Shown here piece by piece: positions 63,410 to 64,000 of a stretch of DNA of 64,000 nt; the stretch's first letter is position 1; each line of letters opens with the position of its first letter. The stretch is from the NCBI RefSeq assembly GCF_009834535.1, contig NC_045697.1, positions 77,192,001 to 77,256,000 on the forward strand, read 5' to 3'. This stretch comes from Camelus ferus (lineage: Eukaryota). The position numbers were made by a program, and so were the translations under genes. Under the pieces are notes generated by a model that worked only from the letters and a program-made list of their open reading frames with translations, was not told the origin of the DNA and searched no databases.

Positions 63410-64000
63410 TACAAAATGGTGGGAGGGACCATTCTAGACAGAATAACATGTGTTACGCCCCTGAGACCAAAAAAACTTGTCATGTTCTGGGAACTGAGGG
63501 ATGACTAGAGTAAGGTAAGCAAGGAAAAGGGGAGAGTGAGATGAGATTGAAGAGACAAACAGTGTCTAAGTCATGTAGCATCTCATCTGTCATGATAAGC
63601 TTTTATTTTGTTGAAATGTGAAGGGAATCCATCGAAGAATTTTAAGCAGAGGCTGTGGTGATGCTGTTTACATCTTAAGATCACCTCTGCTGCTTTGAGG
63701 AGGGTAGCATGGAGCAGACCAAAGGTAGAAGCAAATTGAGTTTGGAAACTGGTACAGTAGATGATGGTGGCCTGAGCCAGAGCATTAACAAAAATGCTTA
63801 GCATGCATGAGATCCTGGGTTCAATCCCCAGTACCCCCGTTAACAAAAAAAAAACAAAAAAAAAGGAAAATGGATAAACTGTAGGTAGAATGGATGGCTT
63901 GATGGAATTGACAGGCTCAAGATGACCCCTGGGCTTGACTTAAGCAGCCAAGGAGATGGTGGATCAGTTATTGCAGAGAAAGAAGAGGAGGAGGTTTCAG
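63410..64000 (-). mobile_element. L2 LINE remnant, interrupted by a truncated SINE
   Basis: TTTAAGCAG...TTAAGATCACCTCTGCTGCT...GATGATGGTGGCCTGAGCCAG. Confidence 0.65.
63795..63866 (+). mobile_element. 5'-truncated camelid SINE
   Basis: TGCTTAGCATGCATGAGATCCTGGGTTCAATCCCCAGTAC plus A-tail. Confidence 0.8.

Larger units (their letters stand above)
6079..64000 (+). other. Long first intron (over 57 kb, continues beyond the window)
   Basis: No recognisable coding exon downstream of the donor; most of the larger L1 pieces are antisense, as expected inside a + strand transcription unit. Confidence 0.6.

Noticed and set aside
1..64000. A novel multi-gene or prokaryote-like system
   Set aside because: No operon-like ORFs, intact transposase, retroviral genes, RNA genes or foreign-composition segment were visible; the window is explained by one promoter, an intron and common repeats.

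Overview
Mammalian (eutherian) genomic DNA, most likely camelid, judged by about 12 copies of a tRNA-Ala(AGC)-derived SINE resembling Vic-1. The one clear gene signal is a CpG-island promoter (about 5.3-6.6 kb) with a + strand first exon (about 5913-6078, donor CAG|GTAAGC). It is followed by what appears to be one very long intron running off the window. From memory the exon resembles the non-coding first exon of ARHGEF28; this is tentative and no ARHGEF28 coding exon is in the window. The rest is repeats (L1, L2, MIR, MLT/LTR16/LTR33, an ERV1-type solo LTR, hAT fossils) and unique intronic DNA. Repeat family names are recalled, not searched. No long ORF in the track looks like a real protein, and I found no evidence of a new multi-gene system. 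Best observations: a uORF-laden leader with a possible 33-nt microexon that would end the uORF; a homogenised 61-bp patch between inverted hAT fossils; a sense solo LTR with a U3 duplication and variant polyA signal; and an unusually CpG-rich old LTR.
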